DNA of 64,000 nt from Trichodelitschia bisporula (GCA_010356995.1 ML996709.1:200606-264605), one strand, 5' to 3'; shown: positions 12,488 through 26,836, numbered from the stretch's first letter. Translations and numbers: made by a program. The notes: a model not told the origin generated them from the sequence alone.

Positions 12488-14992
12488 TTACACGTCCCAC
12501 GGTAGCCCCGGGCCACTGACATTCCCCACCTCATACTCCTCCCGGGCATACTTCGCCCGCCACTGCGTCTGCACCGGCACAGCTTTCGGATCGCGCAACT
12601 TCTCCTCATACAGCCTACTCGTCAACTGACGATAAAGAAAGCGATTACCCCCATGAAACGCAATCGAGTGATCCGAGTCCGTGAAAAACTGCACCCGGAG
12701 CTTATCCGGACTCACCCCCTGCCCGATCAATAAATCCACCAACGCCGCCGCATTCTGGAAATGCACGTTATCATCCCCCGTCCCATGTTGCAGGAGTACG
12801 CCGCCCTTGATGTTTTTGAAGCCGGCGGCCTTGCGTACGGCTGTGGTGCTGTAGTTCGCACCGTTTCCGGCCAAAGTCTTCATGTAACGTTCTGTGTACA
12901 TGCTGTCGTATAACCGCCAGTCTGTGACCGGTGCGGTGATCATGCCTAGGCTTATGGCGCCGGAGTCTAGCTCCACGACCTTCGCGCTCAGGTACCCCCC
13001 AAAGCTCCACCCCCAGATTCCGATCTTCTCAGCGTCGACCCAGTTCTCCCTAGCGGCTATCGCCTTCGCGGCCCAGATTTGATCCTCGGCCTCGAGGCTC
13101 CCCAGCCGCCCCGTGACAGAGCCGCGAAAAGCCCGGCCGCGCCAACCCGTCCCCCGTCCGTCGACCGTCAGCGAAGCCCATTCGAGGAGAGGGTCGGACG
13201 CGATGTATGCCGCCCAGCCGTACCCGCCGAAATTGGAATCTACTTCTTGTGCGCCGGGTCCGCCGTAGGGGGTCAGTAGGAGGGGGTATTTTTTCCCCGG
13301 GACGCGGTTTACGGGGTATTGGAGTCGGGCAGAGAGATTGAAGCCGGAGGGGTGCGGGAGGTCGAAGTACTCGATGCGGGGGAGGGCGTATTGTGATATG
13401 GTGGTGGAGAGCGCGGCATTGGAGGTTAGTGTGCTGAGGGGGGAGGCGGTGTTGTATGCGCTGTAGAGCTGCTGGTGGGGTATGTTGGGGCCGAGGTAAG
13501 AGAGGACGTATAAGTCGCCGTTGGGTGTGAAGGAGGCGCTCCAGGACCCGGGTTCGTTGGCGGGCGTGAGCGGCGTGATGACGCCCGACGCGAGGTCGAC
13601 GGAGAAGACATGCGAATCAATCGGGTGGTGCTGCGTGCTGGTGAAATACGCAATCCCCCGCCTAGCATCCACATGCAATATCTTCCGGACTTCCCATTCT
13701 CCTTTTGTAAGCTGGCGCGCCACCCCACCCGCCACGGGGAAGAGATATAGGTGCGACCACCCATCCACGTCGTCGAGGTCGAGATACCAGTCCCCGCTCC
13801 CCGCCACGGGGCCTACGTATTGCGCAGCACGTAGATTGTCCAGCCACGCATCCCGCCCGTCGCGCTCGCGCACCACTGCCACGGACCCAGCGGCCACATC
13901 GTACAAGACGTGCTTCGCGCGCTCCTGCACGCGATCAAACGTGCGGATAAGCAGCTTATCATGCCTGCGCGTCGGCCACAACACTTCGCCGACAATCGTC
14001 TCCGCGCGCGGAAAACCCGGTAACTCAACACGGCGCACGACCGGCGCACCCCGCGTGTTTACGACGCTGGTGCTGACCCGCGGATTCGTAGCCCCGACTT
14101 TCGGGTATCGAATCTCGAGTTCGCGCGGGTAACTCAGGGGCACCGAGGCCGCGGCGGGTGCTTGTTTATTCATGTAGTAGGGCACGCGGAAGGATGGCAC
14201 GCCCGTTTCATTGAAGGAGAGGAAGGCGAGGTGGGACGCGTCCGGGCTAAACCACAGCGCTACCCTACCTTCCAGGATTTCCTCTTCGTAGACCCAGTCC
14301 GGGACGCCGTGGAATAGGTCAGCGCCGCCGGTGCTGGTGATGGGGATTGTGGCGTTCGGCGTCCAGAGGTGCACGTCATTGTGCCGCACGAACGCGATCA
14401 GCGGGTCGGATCCCGGGGCCCAGACCGCCAGCGCGGTGTCCCCCTTTGACTCGGGGACGAGTGGCACGGCGGGCCCGGCGGCGACGCTCTGCACGAGATA
14501 ATCGCCGAAGAACGAGTACCGGTACTGCTTCGTCGCATTCACAGCCCAGAGCACACGGGTCCCATCCGGGCTCAGCGTGGCCTCACGGACGCCCTTTGGG
14601 ATCCGACTCGCGGGGATAAGAACTTCGGACGTGTCGCTCAGGATATCGGTTTTTAGCAATCCGGCGGCGGTGAGGCTGGTGTAGATTCCGTCGGCGAGGG
14701 GGGCGGGGGCCCAGGTGTAGGCTTGCAGGGAGGGGGAGAGTTCGCTGGGTGAGTGTTAGTGGGGGTGGAATGGGAGGGAGATTGGGGGGTGGGGGGGGGC
14801 GTACCGCGCGAGGCTCTGCGCGAAGGTAAGCAGCTTTGTGCCATTCCCGGTCGGCGCACGCGGGGCGCGGCGGAGGGGCGGTACTACGGTCGGGCGCGAT
14901 CCGAGGCGTGGTTCGCGGCGGGCGGGGACGGCGTCGTCTAGGAGGGCACCCACGAGGGGGGCGCTGAGGGAGAAGAGGGCGCCGAGACGCAT
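12488..14992 (-). CDS. dpp4: Secreted dipeptidyl-peptidase IV (S9B, X-Pro dipeptidyl aminopeptidase)
   Basis: Signal-like N-terminus MRLGALFSLSAPLVGALL; intron 14745-14804 restores the frame; GVPDWVYEEE, YPKVG, catalytic GWSFGG / DDNVH / DSDH triad. Confidence 0.92.
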
Positions 14993-15699
14993 TGCGGAAC
15001 GAGTGACGATGGTGAGAACTAGGCTGCTGAGAATGAGAAAAAGGCTTGGGGCGTTGTTGCTGATGTAGGGCTATTGGGAGAGAGAGGGAAGCGGCGCTGC
15101 CAAGGCGGTATATTGCGCCGTGTATAGTGGCCTCCGTGCGGGCTATAGTTTGCGGACGGAGGGGGCGGGATGGGGATGCGGAGGGGGATAGGAGATAGGG
15201 ATATATTAATGTTGAGGGGGGGGATTGAGGGCTTGTATTTGGAGATGCGGCGGTGGGGGAGCTGTTGGTGGTGATGGTCGGTCAGTGCGAATCCTTTGAC
15301 AACGGTGAAGATAAATGATGGAAGACACCTTATTCTTTCCTAGTGTTGATTTAGATTTGATAAAGCCGCGCTTTGGGGCTGCTCAGAGTGCCGTTCGCCG
15401 CAGTCTAGGAAATAGCAGTTGAAGTGTGGGAAGGTGATGGCGAGGCTGAACAGCATGGAAATGGCAGCTGCACCGCCGGCAAACCTCAGCCTTACGCCAT
15501 TTCGGCTCCTAATCGCCGCGAACAAGCGGGCTCTGCATGCCCTATTTATCAATGCTTGAGAAAAAGGCCTAAACAGCTTCACCAGTTCGCGACCAAAAGG
15601 TCCGCAAATATCGTGAATACCGTTCGACGATAGCAAGACCACGCGCGGAATTTCAATTTGCTCGAAGTTGTTTTCCCGTTAAAACTTCCCATAATCGGT

Positions 15700-15783
15700 G
15701 TCTGAATGGTCTAGTGGTATGATTCTTGCTTAGGGTCGACTAGAACATGCAAGAGGTCCCGCGTTCGACTCGCGGTTCAGACC
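15700..15783 (+). tRNA. tRNA-Pro (anticodon AGG) with 12-nt intron (15736-15747)
   Basis: Acceptor GTCTGAA/TTCAGAC, TGGTCTAGTGG A-box, CTTGC-TTAGGG..T-GCAAG anticodon arm, GTTCGACTC B-box. Confidence 0.93.
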
Positions 15784-16106
15784 GAGCCAATTCATCCCTC
15801 AGGATGAGTTTCTTTTTTGCCCACTCACTTTCTCGCACCTCCCCGGAAAAGAGAATATGGGACGATGCCGATGTGCTGTTTTGCAGCTTCGGAAGAAGAA
15901 CTCGAGTCCTAATTTTAGTCCCAATTTAGTGAGCGCATCGTGGGTCACGTGCGGATAGAGATTGCCCCTTCAGGAACCGATACCTTCAGCCTCGAGCCGA
16001 CCGCGATATCCTTTACACCGTTAACCACAACACCTAATAAACCATCAACATACAGCGTAATACCTACACATACACACCCACACCTACCAAAATCTCTTCC
16101 CCCCAC

Positions 16107-17823
16107 CTAACAAACCCTCATCCCACAACACTCAACACCCCCCCCTCCCACCGCAACCTCCCTCCCAAACCACCCCCCCGCCAGTTCCCCCACAAACTCA
16201 CAATCCCCCCGACTCCACGCATCAAGCCCTATATCCCGCATCTCCTCCCCCCCCACCCAAACCACCCCCTCCTCCTCCTCCCCCTCCCTCTCCAACACCC
16301 CAGCCAAGCCTTCAAACACCCTCTTCGTCAGCCTGTGAAAATACGCCACAAGCGCCATATCCAGCTGCGCCGGCACATCCTCCTCCTCCCCCCCCTCATC
16401 ATCCTCATCGCGGAACCCCCCGCCCAGCCTACTCGCCACATCCCGAATATCCCCAAGCAAAGCCCACTCCCCCTCCCCCTCCTCCTCATCCCTCTCCCCC
16501 GCACTCGCCCACCACATAAACCCCCGATACGCAACAGCGCCCCAACTCGGCGCCTCGAGCGCATCCTCCACGCCCTCGTCTTCCTCCTCCGCACCATGTC
16601 TTGCCCTCAGAAGTGGCTCCTCTTCACCCTCTTGGTCCTCGCCCCTATCATCCCACCCTCCCGCCGGGCCCAGCGCTTCCCGTAGCGCCTTCCAAGCCCG
16701 CCAATCCCGCTGCGTGGCAAGGATCCGCGCCCCGGTGCCAGCGGCCTTGAGCACAGGCCAGACGCGCCGCCGCCCAGTCCGGGAGGGGACGTAGCGCTGC
16801 GGAGGCATTTCCACCAACAAGTCATACAACCCCGCCTTAAGCGCCAGAATTTCATCCGTGCTACACGCGGCCCAGGATGTCATCTCAGGGTCGGACAGGA
16901 GGGGTATATCGTGGATGCCCAGGGCGAAGAGCGGGGTTAGACGGGGCGGGGTCGGTTGTGGGAGGAGAGGGGAGAGGGAGGCGGGGAGGGAGGACAGGAT
17001 GGAGAGATCGTAGACTGTGGTGGGGTTAGTGTGGGTGAAAATGGGGAGTTGGGGAAGGGGGGGGGAGATACCGTATTCACAGCTCGCGCGCACGGGCGGC
17101 GCGGTCATGAAGAGGATGCGCTTGCGGAGGAGGGCTGCGCGCCAGAGGGGGTAGACTAGTGGGCCGAAGGTGTCGAGATAGGCGCGGATGGAGCGCACAG
17201 GGTGGTCGGGGGCGAGGGTGGCATCGGGTACGGTGGCGGCGGACAGAGCGCGGGAATGGCGGGGCGGCTTGACTCCATTCTCGTCCTCTCCTTCTCCCTC
17301 CCCAGCTGCCTCCTCCTTGTGCCCCTCCCAGTACTCCTCCAGTTCACCCACCCCCTCCCCGCTTATAACCCTTTGCACCAGCCTCTCCAACGCAGCAGCA
17401 TGCTCCCACGCCCTCCCTACGCGCCCGTCATTGAGTCTGACCAACACGCCTACGGCCGCAAACTCAGCCCCCCTCTGTGCATCGCTGGCTTTGCGCTGTG
17501 CGAAGGCACTGAGGCCTGCGAAGGCGTCGTGCACGAAGTAGACGCGGTCGCTTTGGACGTGGTGCAGGCCTGAGGGGAGGGATTTGAATTCCACTGTGTT
17601 GTCCAACGTGACTTTAGGCGTCAGCTAGGGGATTCTGAGAAGGGGGAGGGAGACGTACTGCCATCCAGCGCTCGTTTCCAGGCTATTGTGTACCTGGTCT
17701 GTTAGGAGAGGAGGGGATTGAGGGGCGCGCCACGCACCCGATTTTGACGTCGAATTTGATGAGAAAGAGAGCTGCGAGCGGGGGGGGTGGCCCTACCCGC
17801 AGAGGGAGGCTCGTGGAGGACAT
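16107..17823 (-). CDS. DUF2347/LCHN-like (DENN-related) protein, multi-exon
   Basis: LAALFLIKFDVKIG exon, VEFKSLPSGLH...VYFVHD..GLSAF, FGPLVYPLWRAALLRKRIL, ATQRD and AYRGFMWWASAGE. Introns near 17737-17691, 17658-17610 and 17071-17015. Confidence 0.75.
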
Positions 17824-18045
17824 GGTGATGGTCGTGAGGTTGCGATGTCGAGATGCATGTGGGACATGACGCTCGAGGTGAGCAACGGTGTGGCTGGCTG
17901 TGGCTGCGCCGGCGCGGCTCGGGCTTGGCACGGCAGGGGATCGGACATCACGATCTCGGGAGTTCGGGTCAGCGACCGTCATCAGTAGCACAGCAGCTTA
18001 TTACAGGCCTCGTTCTAAAGTACATACACCCCATTCAGCCAATCC

Positions 18046-21000
18046 CTAAAACTCCAGACTCTCCCCCAAAACACCCTCTATCATCCGTACCCAAGCCCTC
18101 GTCTCCTTCTCCACCTGTTCCTCCCCATCCTCCAACAACTCCGCCACAAAAGGCAACATCTCCGCCAACATCGCAAGCCACTCCTCGCCCAACCGCTCCG
18201 TGAGGCTACGACCAGTCCGCACGGCTGCAAGACGCACAGCGGGATCGTCCGAGCGCATTAGCTTGAGGATCAGGGTGTTGAGCTCCTTGTGCTGGTCGGC
18301 GGAGGACGTAGCGCCCGCTAGGCTGGCCACTGTGTTAATGACAAGGGGGAGGATGGCGAGGTTGCTTGCGCTGTGTTGTAGGGCTGTGACGAGCGCATTG
18401 CAGAGGGGTGTGAAGTGCGAGGGCGCTTGCCAGAAGTCGTCTTGGTCGTGCTCGAAGCTGGGGTCTAGAGCTGAGAGGACGGATTGTAGGAGGGTGATGT
18501 GGGCTGGGTTGGAGGGCTTGGTGGTTTGGAGGAGGTCTGCTGATAGCTCGATGATGTAGCTTGAGTAGCTTGTGATGAGGGACTATGTCGTTAGTAAGAT
18601 GCATGGTAGGATGAAGGAATGACTTACCTTGAGCCGCTCGAAGAGTGTCGTGAGCAGCTTGAACAGCGCAACCGACCGCAACGCACGCCCATTCCTATCC
18701 TTCTTCGGCAGCGCCGATGCCCACTCCACAACCCGCACGAACAGCGGCCGGAAAGTGGCATCGTTGAGTTTCAGCACAACCGCCAAAGCCACATCATTGT
18801 ACCTTGCCTCCATCGCATCAACCTCCTCCACCGAATATACAACCCGGAACTCATCATTCGGCGCCGCAGCATTCAGTCTCCGATGATCCAAGAACCCAAG
18901 CACAAGCTGGAAAAGCACAGAGCTATGCTTAATAACCACAGCCTTCGACTGCCTCTCCACCGCCGCCTTAAGCGCCTCGACAAACTCTACCAGCGCCGCA
19001 AAACCATCCCGCTTCAGCGCCTTCTCGTAGTTCGCCGCAAACGCCGCGAGCAGAGCTTCGGCATCTACGTTCGCCACCACGGCCTGGTAGAACAGCGCGC
19101 GATTCTCGGCGCTCTCAGTCTTGAGGGTTGACACCGCTGACAATTGCGCCAGTTCCAGGGCCTCGTCGAGGTACTCGCCAATGAACATGAACGGCAGACG
19201 CTCAGCAACGGAATTAACCAGCGTGAACGCAGCGTTGACTACGCTCTCGCGCATGCTAACTCCATCGCCAGCCAACGCAGCGCGTAGATGCGCATACGTA
19301 AGCGGCAGCACCGTGGGCAGCAACGGGATGAACTCATCCTGCACGACATCCAAAATAGACGTCAGACACAGCAGCGAAATAACCCGCAGCCGGTCATCTG
19401 CGTGCGCCAACCCGTCCGGCCCAGCAACCACGCGGGCCGCCGGGAGGATGTACGACGTGTCTTTCTTGCCGAACTGCTCCGTGATCTGGTCGATGCACGT
19501 GATGGCGCTGTGTTTGAGGAGAATGTCGTCCGAGCCCTGAACAACAGCCGAAATGCGCGGCACAAACTGCAGCAATGCGATGCGCGACGCTTGGTCCATG
19601 TTCTTGACCGTTGCGGCGTGGCTGCCGATTGAGCGTAGGACGACTTGGCGGAGGCTTTCCTGGGGCAGTTCGAGCAGTGGCTCGGCGCACTTGACGAGCT
19701 CGGTCATGGGGAGGAGCTTGAAGACGTTGGCGAGGACGAGGGCGGAGCCTTGGGTAAGCGCCGGGTGGGCCTTCAGAGTCTGAGACAGTTTGATCGTATT
19801 CTGCAGCAACTGGGAAAAGGCCTCGCGCTGGGTCTCGCAATCTGGTCCGAAGGACGCGGCCAGGTGCGCGCGGAACTTCGTGTCGTTGAGTAAGTCCGCC
19901 AGGGCCGAAAGTAGGTTACCCGCGATCGGCTCGACTTGCTCTGGCTTGTCCTTGAGATTGAGCACCGTCTCGGAGATGCTGCGACGGGGTGCAAAGATGT
20001 CGGCGATGAGATCGACGTATTGCCGGATGACCTGATACATTAGTGAGCTGCCCAAAGACAGAGAATGATAGATACCTTAAGACAGATTTTTGGATCGAAA
20101 AGATCCAGCAGGTCCGCTGCGAACCGTCGCGCGCGCTGGTCCGTCGGATAGCGGTCGACGATCATGGCAATGACCGCATACAAGCTGTCCTCCGGCCCGA
20201 GCGTCCGCGCCACATTCTCAAAAAGCCCCAGCCGCCGGTGCGACGGAATATGCTCAAACGCGGCCGTAAAGCTGAGCAGCAGATCCGACGCGCCCTGCAC
20301 CACATTGCGGCTGCGCTTCTTCAGCGACGCCACCAGCGGAGGCACCACGTGCGACACCGTCTGGTCGATAACATGCGCCGAGTAATCATCGCCCTGGCGC
20401 AGAATAGTCGCACTCATAAACGTAAAGATAGGCATGACGCTGTGGAGCACAATATCAGGCACCCACGTCGCAAGGCACGAAATAAGCAGCAGCGCACTAT
20501 TCTGGATCTGCGGATTCGACGTATGCCGCACGCAGTCCACAAGCAAGTCCGTGCGGATAACACCCTGGTCAACCGGCGCCTTTGTGTCCTTGATCTTGTT
20601 GACCAGCGCGAGTAGTGCGTTGATCGCGAGCGTCTGCAAGTACACGAGCTCGGAGCCCGTCTGCGAGCGGTAATGCTGTATCTCGCCGAGCGCGCGGAAC
20701 AAGCCGGGCAACAGCGCCGGGTCCTCACCAGCCGGTGACCCATCGACGAGCTCGAGCACTTGCGTGTACTGGCGCAGGGCATGGTCCAGCTCCGTGATGT
20801 TGGTCTCGACACGCGCCATTTCGTTGCGGCTGGTGCGGCGGCGCTTGGCGGACGGACCCTCGGGCATCTGCACGGCCTTGGGGAGGGCATCAACGAGAAC
20901 GACGAGGACGTCGGTCGGCAAGCTGAGCGTCTTGAGGCTCTCGGCCGCCAGATCGCAGCGCAGTCGGGCGGTGGTGTCTTCGGCGCGGGCGAGGGAGAGT

Positions 21001-23456
21001 GTGAGCAGGGAGGAGGCGACCTGCTCACGGACAGGCGACTTGATAGACGGCCAGATCTCGCCGAGACGCGCGAAGACAGCAGTCTGGGTGGCATCGCGCG
21101 CGAGGGGTCGTTCGCCGGAGAGTATCTGCTGAAGTAACTGGAGGCTGGCGGGCTCGCGAGCGGTAAGGATGCGCGCCATTTCGAGTTCGAGGTCCGCCTG
21201 CGCAACCCGCTGCTCGGCGCACCGAGGCGCAACACCACTGTCGCTGTAGTCGATCCAGCGAATGAAGTACGGGAGCAGAATGTCAGACCGCGCGGCGGAA
21301 GCAGCCTTGCCGGCGCGGGCGAGGAGAGAGAGCAAGCCGTGACTCACGGGCAGCAGGGGGGTAGCGGCGGCATGACGGGCGAGGGCTGTCGAGAAAGCGG
21401 TACGGCGAGACGATTTGAGCTCCAAATTACCTACCTGCAACTTGGACTCGGGCGTCGACCCATTGAGTGCGGCAACGATGACCGTGGCGGCGGTATCGGC
21501 ATCGAGGGCACACTCCTGAACGTCGGGCGCGAGCACTTTGCGGACCAGATCACTTGCCTCCTGTGTGGACAGCGGGTCGATCTTTGTGTGATACAGACCA
21601 TCTCCCCACACAGCTGTGCCCTTCTCGAGCGACTTGTATACTTTGCTGAGGGCGACGATGCCATCGGCGGCAGCCTGCCGGACAGTGTCCGACTTGTCCA
21701 AGAGCGCGACCACGAGATAGGGTACGAGAAACTGGAAATCGACCTTGTGTTTCTTGATGACCCTGGCGGCCAGGAGCAGGGCTGTCCGGCGTGCAACTTG
21801 CGGGTAGTGGCCAGACCAGATACGGATGAGGAAGCTGAGGTACGTTGGCTCAGTGTGCGCGGCGTCCTTGCGTAAGATGGGGAGGGCTAGGACCTGCTCC
21901 AGCCGTCCCTGCGATGACATCCCCTGCAAAAACACCGGCACCAGGTTAGGCATTACCGCGTCTTCGGACAAGAACGAAGAAACCGTGGTCTTCTCGGCTG
22001 CCAGCGCCGCGAGAGCGGGGCTAAAGGTGTCTACAGCGGGCGCATCCACATCGGCCATCGCGACGTCTTCCGTGGGCTGCACCTCCGGTGCCGGAAGCAC
22101 GGTGTGCAGGGTGAGCTCAACGGCATCGCGGTCCATCTGCAGCAGCTGCAACGTCTCCTCAAGAACGGGACGATACTCGGATTCGGCCAATAGCGTCACA
22201 ATACGCGCCATTGTATCTCGCCCCTGCACTGCCTCTGGCGGCAGCTCGTTGACGGCAACGAGCAAATGCGTAGTCAACTGAACCATCTGCGCGAGATCGA
22301 GCACGGCGTTACTGACAACCCACTCCAGCAGGGCCGCGGGGCGCACAGTTGACGAGGTAAAAACTCGGGTGACACAGCCGAGCGCGAGGCCGAGGATGAG
22401 CCGATCGGCGCGGTAGAGCTCCGCTGTCTTCTCGAGGTGAGTCGTCACGTCCTCCACCGCTAGCAGCTTCTTGACTACCGGTCGGGGGATATCAGCGGTA
22501 TGCCGTTCCTGCGCAATCTCGGTGAGACACATAATGCGCGCGCTCGTCGTAGCCGGCGACCAGTTCCCGGCCACGGCCTCCATGAGGCCGTCCAGCACGG
22601 CGTCTGAGAGCGGCGCTTTGGCGGCAAGGATTGTGATGACCGTGCAGCTGCCGATAACGAGGTCAGGGATGTCCCGCAGCGACAGCGCTTCGTTGAGCAC
22701 CGGTAGTACACGCAGCAAAACCTCCTCGTGCCTCTGCTTACGGATGGCTTCGCGGCCCGACTGTGCGGCGACGAGCATGCCGTCGACGGCCTGCGTGACG
22801 ACGGAGGTCCAGAAGGAGAGCAGTGAGGACGAGTGGTGGCGCGGGTGGCACACCTTGAGCACATAGTTATTGAGTGCGGTGAAGAAGCCGACGTTCGTAG
22901 TTGCTGTCTTGACAATTGCGACGAACGGCGGATTCGCGAGGCGCGGGACGTAGGGGTAGAGGAAGCGAAAGGCATCGGATAGTTGCGCTGGGAGGATGGC
23001 CAGCAGGGCAGCGAAGAGCGGTGTCGAGTGGTAGGGTAAGAATGTGAGGATCAGCCAGTCCGTATTGTACTCGTGGACGCGGAATCGGCGGACGAGCCAC
23101 TCGACGGCCTTTTGCGCGGGCTTGAGCAGCAGGCGGGCCTGGACAAGCCCGAGGAAGTCCTGCAGAACAGTATCCAGTTGCTGGTTCTGGGCAGCCGTCA
23201 TCATCTCACGCTCCTCGTCTTTGCTCTGCTCGCTGAAAAGCGACGAGGCGTATGGGGCGAAGCGGGGGTCCAGCGAGCATAGCTCGTCGAATCCTTCGCG
23301 ACAAAGCTGAAAGATGGAGTTGAAGTCCTGTGATACGGCGACCTTTGCGTCGAAGAGCAGCGATTTGCCGTGGGCAGCGCGCTTGGCCTTGTGATCGAGT
23401 TCATGGGTGCTCTTGACGGCGATGGCGGCCAGCTGCTTCTGGAGAGCGGTCGCCAT
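18046..23456 (-). CDS. UTP10: U3 snoRNA-associated protein 10 (HEAT repeat, BP28CT)
   Basis: MATALQKQLAAI...SLLFD, KAVEWLVRRFRVH, VLHSVMPIFTFM, HIPSHRRLGLF, LKLNDATFRPLF and a C-terminal LPFVAELLED...VLGESL. Introns near 20033-20074 and 18584-18627. Confidence 0.95.
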
Positions 23457-23739
23457 GGTGGGCAATTGTGGTAGAGAATTAGGTGGCTATGGGCGCATCT
23501 GTGGATGTTAGCAGCGATTGCGCAGGGGAGGAGTGATAGCGGTGCAGCCCCAGTAACGAACCTCTCTCTCCTCTCATCAACGAAAGTTGTGGGGTAAGAC
23601 CGTGTGAATGGGTGCTAATGAAGGTGGTGGTGGACATGATGCTGAACAAATTTCCAGCCCAAAATAATTCTGCCGCCCCTCACCGCTTGGGCACCCTTCC
23701 TCCCTCCGCAGCTCCGCCGATGACACTTCACCCCAAACA

Positions 23740-26700
23740 ATGGACGACAACAAGGTGCGCGATGCTTGAACTCTCTGTGTCTATCTAACCACATTAGAAA
23801 TCCGCTGTACCGCGGTTTGCTAGCTTCCGTCCCAAGCAGTCCGCTACTGCAGAGCTACCTCCGCGCCATGAGGAGCCACCGGAGGAGAACCGTCGACCTA
23901 GTCGGTCGAGGCATGGGGAAGTGTTGATATCGAGACCAAAAAGAGAATCTAGGCATAAGGAAGATCTGCTGCGTGGGGAAAAAGAATCGCGGTCAACAGA
24001 ATCGCGAAGGCGCATACGCGAGCACCGTGCATCGCGAGAGCATCGACGGCATGCGTCTCCGGACTCTGAACCGCCCAGAGAGCCTCAGCCAACGCCTAGG
24101 TCAAGTCACTTCGTGATCGACACCAAGGGCGACCGTGATAATCTCACGTACCGCAGCAGCTATCGCTATGCAACGGGCCACTACCGGCGCATCGGCTACG
24201 GTCGTGTCTTGGGGCTCGACCCGAGCTTCAAGATCGATCCTGCGCTCTCTGATAACCGGCAAGTAGTTGTCATCGGCACACGCAAACAGCAAAACAAACG
24301 CCGGCCGTTGCTTCACCGCCTTGGTACTATGGACCGGGAGCTGCGTCTTATCAAGCAGAGTTCGGATCGTTCTGAGTGCGAACCCGAGTTCATCCCTTTG
24401 GCTCACAAGCGGGGTAATTTGAACATGGATGAGTCTACCGTCCCTCACTACCTCGCCTCCCAAAATCCAGTCGACGAGCCTACTGATTCTGACATGGAAT
24501 ATACATCCTCTAGCTCCAGTGAACCGGAGCCGGCGCAACTTTCGCTCCTCAGTGACAAAGACAAGGTTGCCTACTACGAACGACAGACCCATAGCGAGCC
24601 GTGGAACATTGAAGCCTGGCTTGCTCTGGCTAAAATTCAAGAGTCATTAATTCGGATCGACCGCGATACCCTCGACAAGTTCTCTGGCGAGCTTACCGGT
24701 CCAACCCGCCGCGCTCTAGCCGACATACGCGTTTCAATCTACGAGAAATGTCTGCGCAAAATAGCTACAACTAAGGACACTTCTCAGATCTGGTTGAGTC
24801 TTCTCGATGAGGGAGCCCATGTATGGGACGGCGCCACCCTCGCGGCACGCTGGTCCGAGGCTCTGTCTAAAAAACGCCATAGCGAAGCCCTCTGGATCGC
24901 CCACGTTAACTACGTGCAAAGCGACATCCGAGCCTTCCGCTACGAGCGCTGCAAGGCCGAGTATCAGCGTGCCCTGTCAGTCATCGCATCCCTAGCCCCC
25001 CATACTGGGGTGTCGAACGGCATCAGAAACTTCATCTACTTATTCACGCGTTTCACAGTGTTCGTCCGCGACTCGGGCTACCACGAGCTTGCAGAGGCGC
25101 TGTGGCAGGCGCTGCTCGAGTTCCACGTCCTCGACCCGATACGTGGGGACATTGACACCTTTGCGGAGTGGTGGGACCTCGAGGGCCCGCGTATTGGCGA
25201 GATCGGCGCTCGTGGGTGGTGGACCTCGGGCGATGATCCCCCGCCCGAACCTGCAGCTGCTGGCATTTATCCTGACCTCCCACTCTCTACCGCTGAGCAT
25301 GAAGCAGTGTGCGCATGGCAGCATGCGGGCCGCGCAGGCAATACTACCGAGACCGACGACCCTGACCACGTCATTCTCGCAAGCGACATCGCGCCGTTCC
25401 TGTTCCCTGATCTTCGCGGGCGATTGCCGCCGCGGGATGTGGTAGATGGGTTCCTGTGTTTTCTGGGATTGCCGGCACTATCATGGGATGCGGGCAGTGC
25501 ATGCGGCGACTTCAGGAAGGACCCATTCCTGGCCACGCCGCCAGGGGGCGCGTTCGACTTCCTCTCCTCCGTACTCCCGCTGCGCTTCTTTCGCTCCACG
25601 CCCGCGCTTCTGTTTTCCGCGGCGTTTACTAACCCCCCACCCGACGTGGACTGGACCATCCGCGCCCTGACCCTTCTATCCAGCATACCCACCCCTGACT
25701 CATACATTGGAGAATACACAATCGCTCTTGCGCACGCCTTCGCTCCTTTCACCGCAGCAATACTTGCGAAATCACTCCTCAGACAGTCCCGCAATGACTT
25801 CCGCCTTTACAACGCCCTCGCGCTGATCTCCCCGCGCGAAAGGGCCGAACATATCCTAACCACAGCCCTCTCGCGCGTACCGTCTGTAAAAGACCCGCTT
25901 ACCTTCGAGCATACATGCGCATCCGACACTCTAGACACGCTCACGCTGACGCATACCCGCGTGTGGAAGGCCCTCGACGGCGGTGACGTGGACATGGCAT
26001 TCCGGTGCGCTGCGGAGGCCCGGGATGAAAGCCAAGTGCGTGACGTCAAAGGCTGGTCAGAGAATCACATACCTGCGGGTGCCATGTTCGGACTCCTTTG
26101 TGGCGACGCGATGCGCCCACGAAACCCGGCGGCCTCGCTGATGGCGGTTGAGCTCAATGCCTTGCTAGCGTATTTGCCTACGCGCAACATCCAGGCCGCA
26201 ATCAAGGTGATACGCGAGGCCTGGGACTACGAACATCTGGAGCTTAAATCTCTTCGTGTTGATGATCCGGTGGCTCGGGAGGTGCTCGACCAAGCGCAGG
26301 CGCGACTCCTTAGCGCGCACCGGGCGGCGGTGCGCGCATTTCCGCTCGCACTGATGAGGGATACGCTTGACGAGAGTTTGCGGCGGTATCCCGAGAACGC
26401 GCTGCTGGTGGAGGGGATGGTGTCCGTGGTGGGCCGATTTGAGGGCCGGGTCAAGGGCATTATTGGCGGTTATTGGGATCAGAGTAAGGAGGTTGCTGGG
26501 GGTGTGGCGCGCGCCTGGTGGGAGGGGAGAATCGCGGCGGCGATTGCGGGGAGTGAAGGTGCGAAGGTTCAAGTTGGACGCGTAAGGGCTGCAGCGGAGC
26601 GAGCAGTTCAAGGCGAAGGGAAGAGAACTGGGGCGGTTTGGATGGGCTTGATGCGCTTGGATAGCGGGGAGGGGGTTTGGGCACGCGCGGTTAAGGCCTG

Positions 26701-26836
26701 TCCAGCTTCGAAATGGGTTCTACTTGCGGGTGATGGGAGGGTGCCGCTGGAGAGGATGAGAGAGCTGGCGGAGGACGTAGGCGTTAGGGTCTTGCGGTTT
26801 GGGGAGGTGGCGGAGGGGGTCGGCGTAAGGGACTAG
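23740..26836 (+). CDS. NRDE2: NRDE-2/Nrl1-like (DUF1740) nuclear RNA-processing HAT-repeat protein
   Basis: Short exon MDDNK plus intron 23755-23798, then KSAVPRFASFRPK; FVIDTKGDRDNLTY, YRRIGYGRVLG, PWNIEAWL, FVRDSGYHELAEALWQALLEF, FAEWWDLEGPRIGEIGARGW. Confidence 0.82.

Noticed and set aside
23740..26836. Functional link between the NRDE-2-like RNA-silencing factor and the adjacent array
   Set aside because: Adjacency only; it is a conserved gene divergent from UTP10 and shares none of the array motifs.
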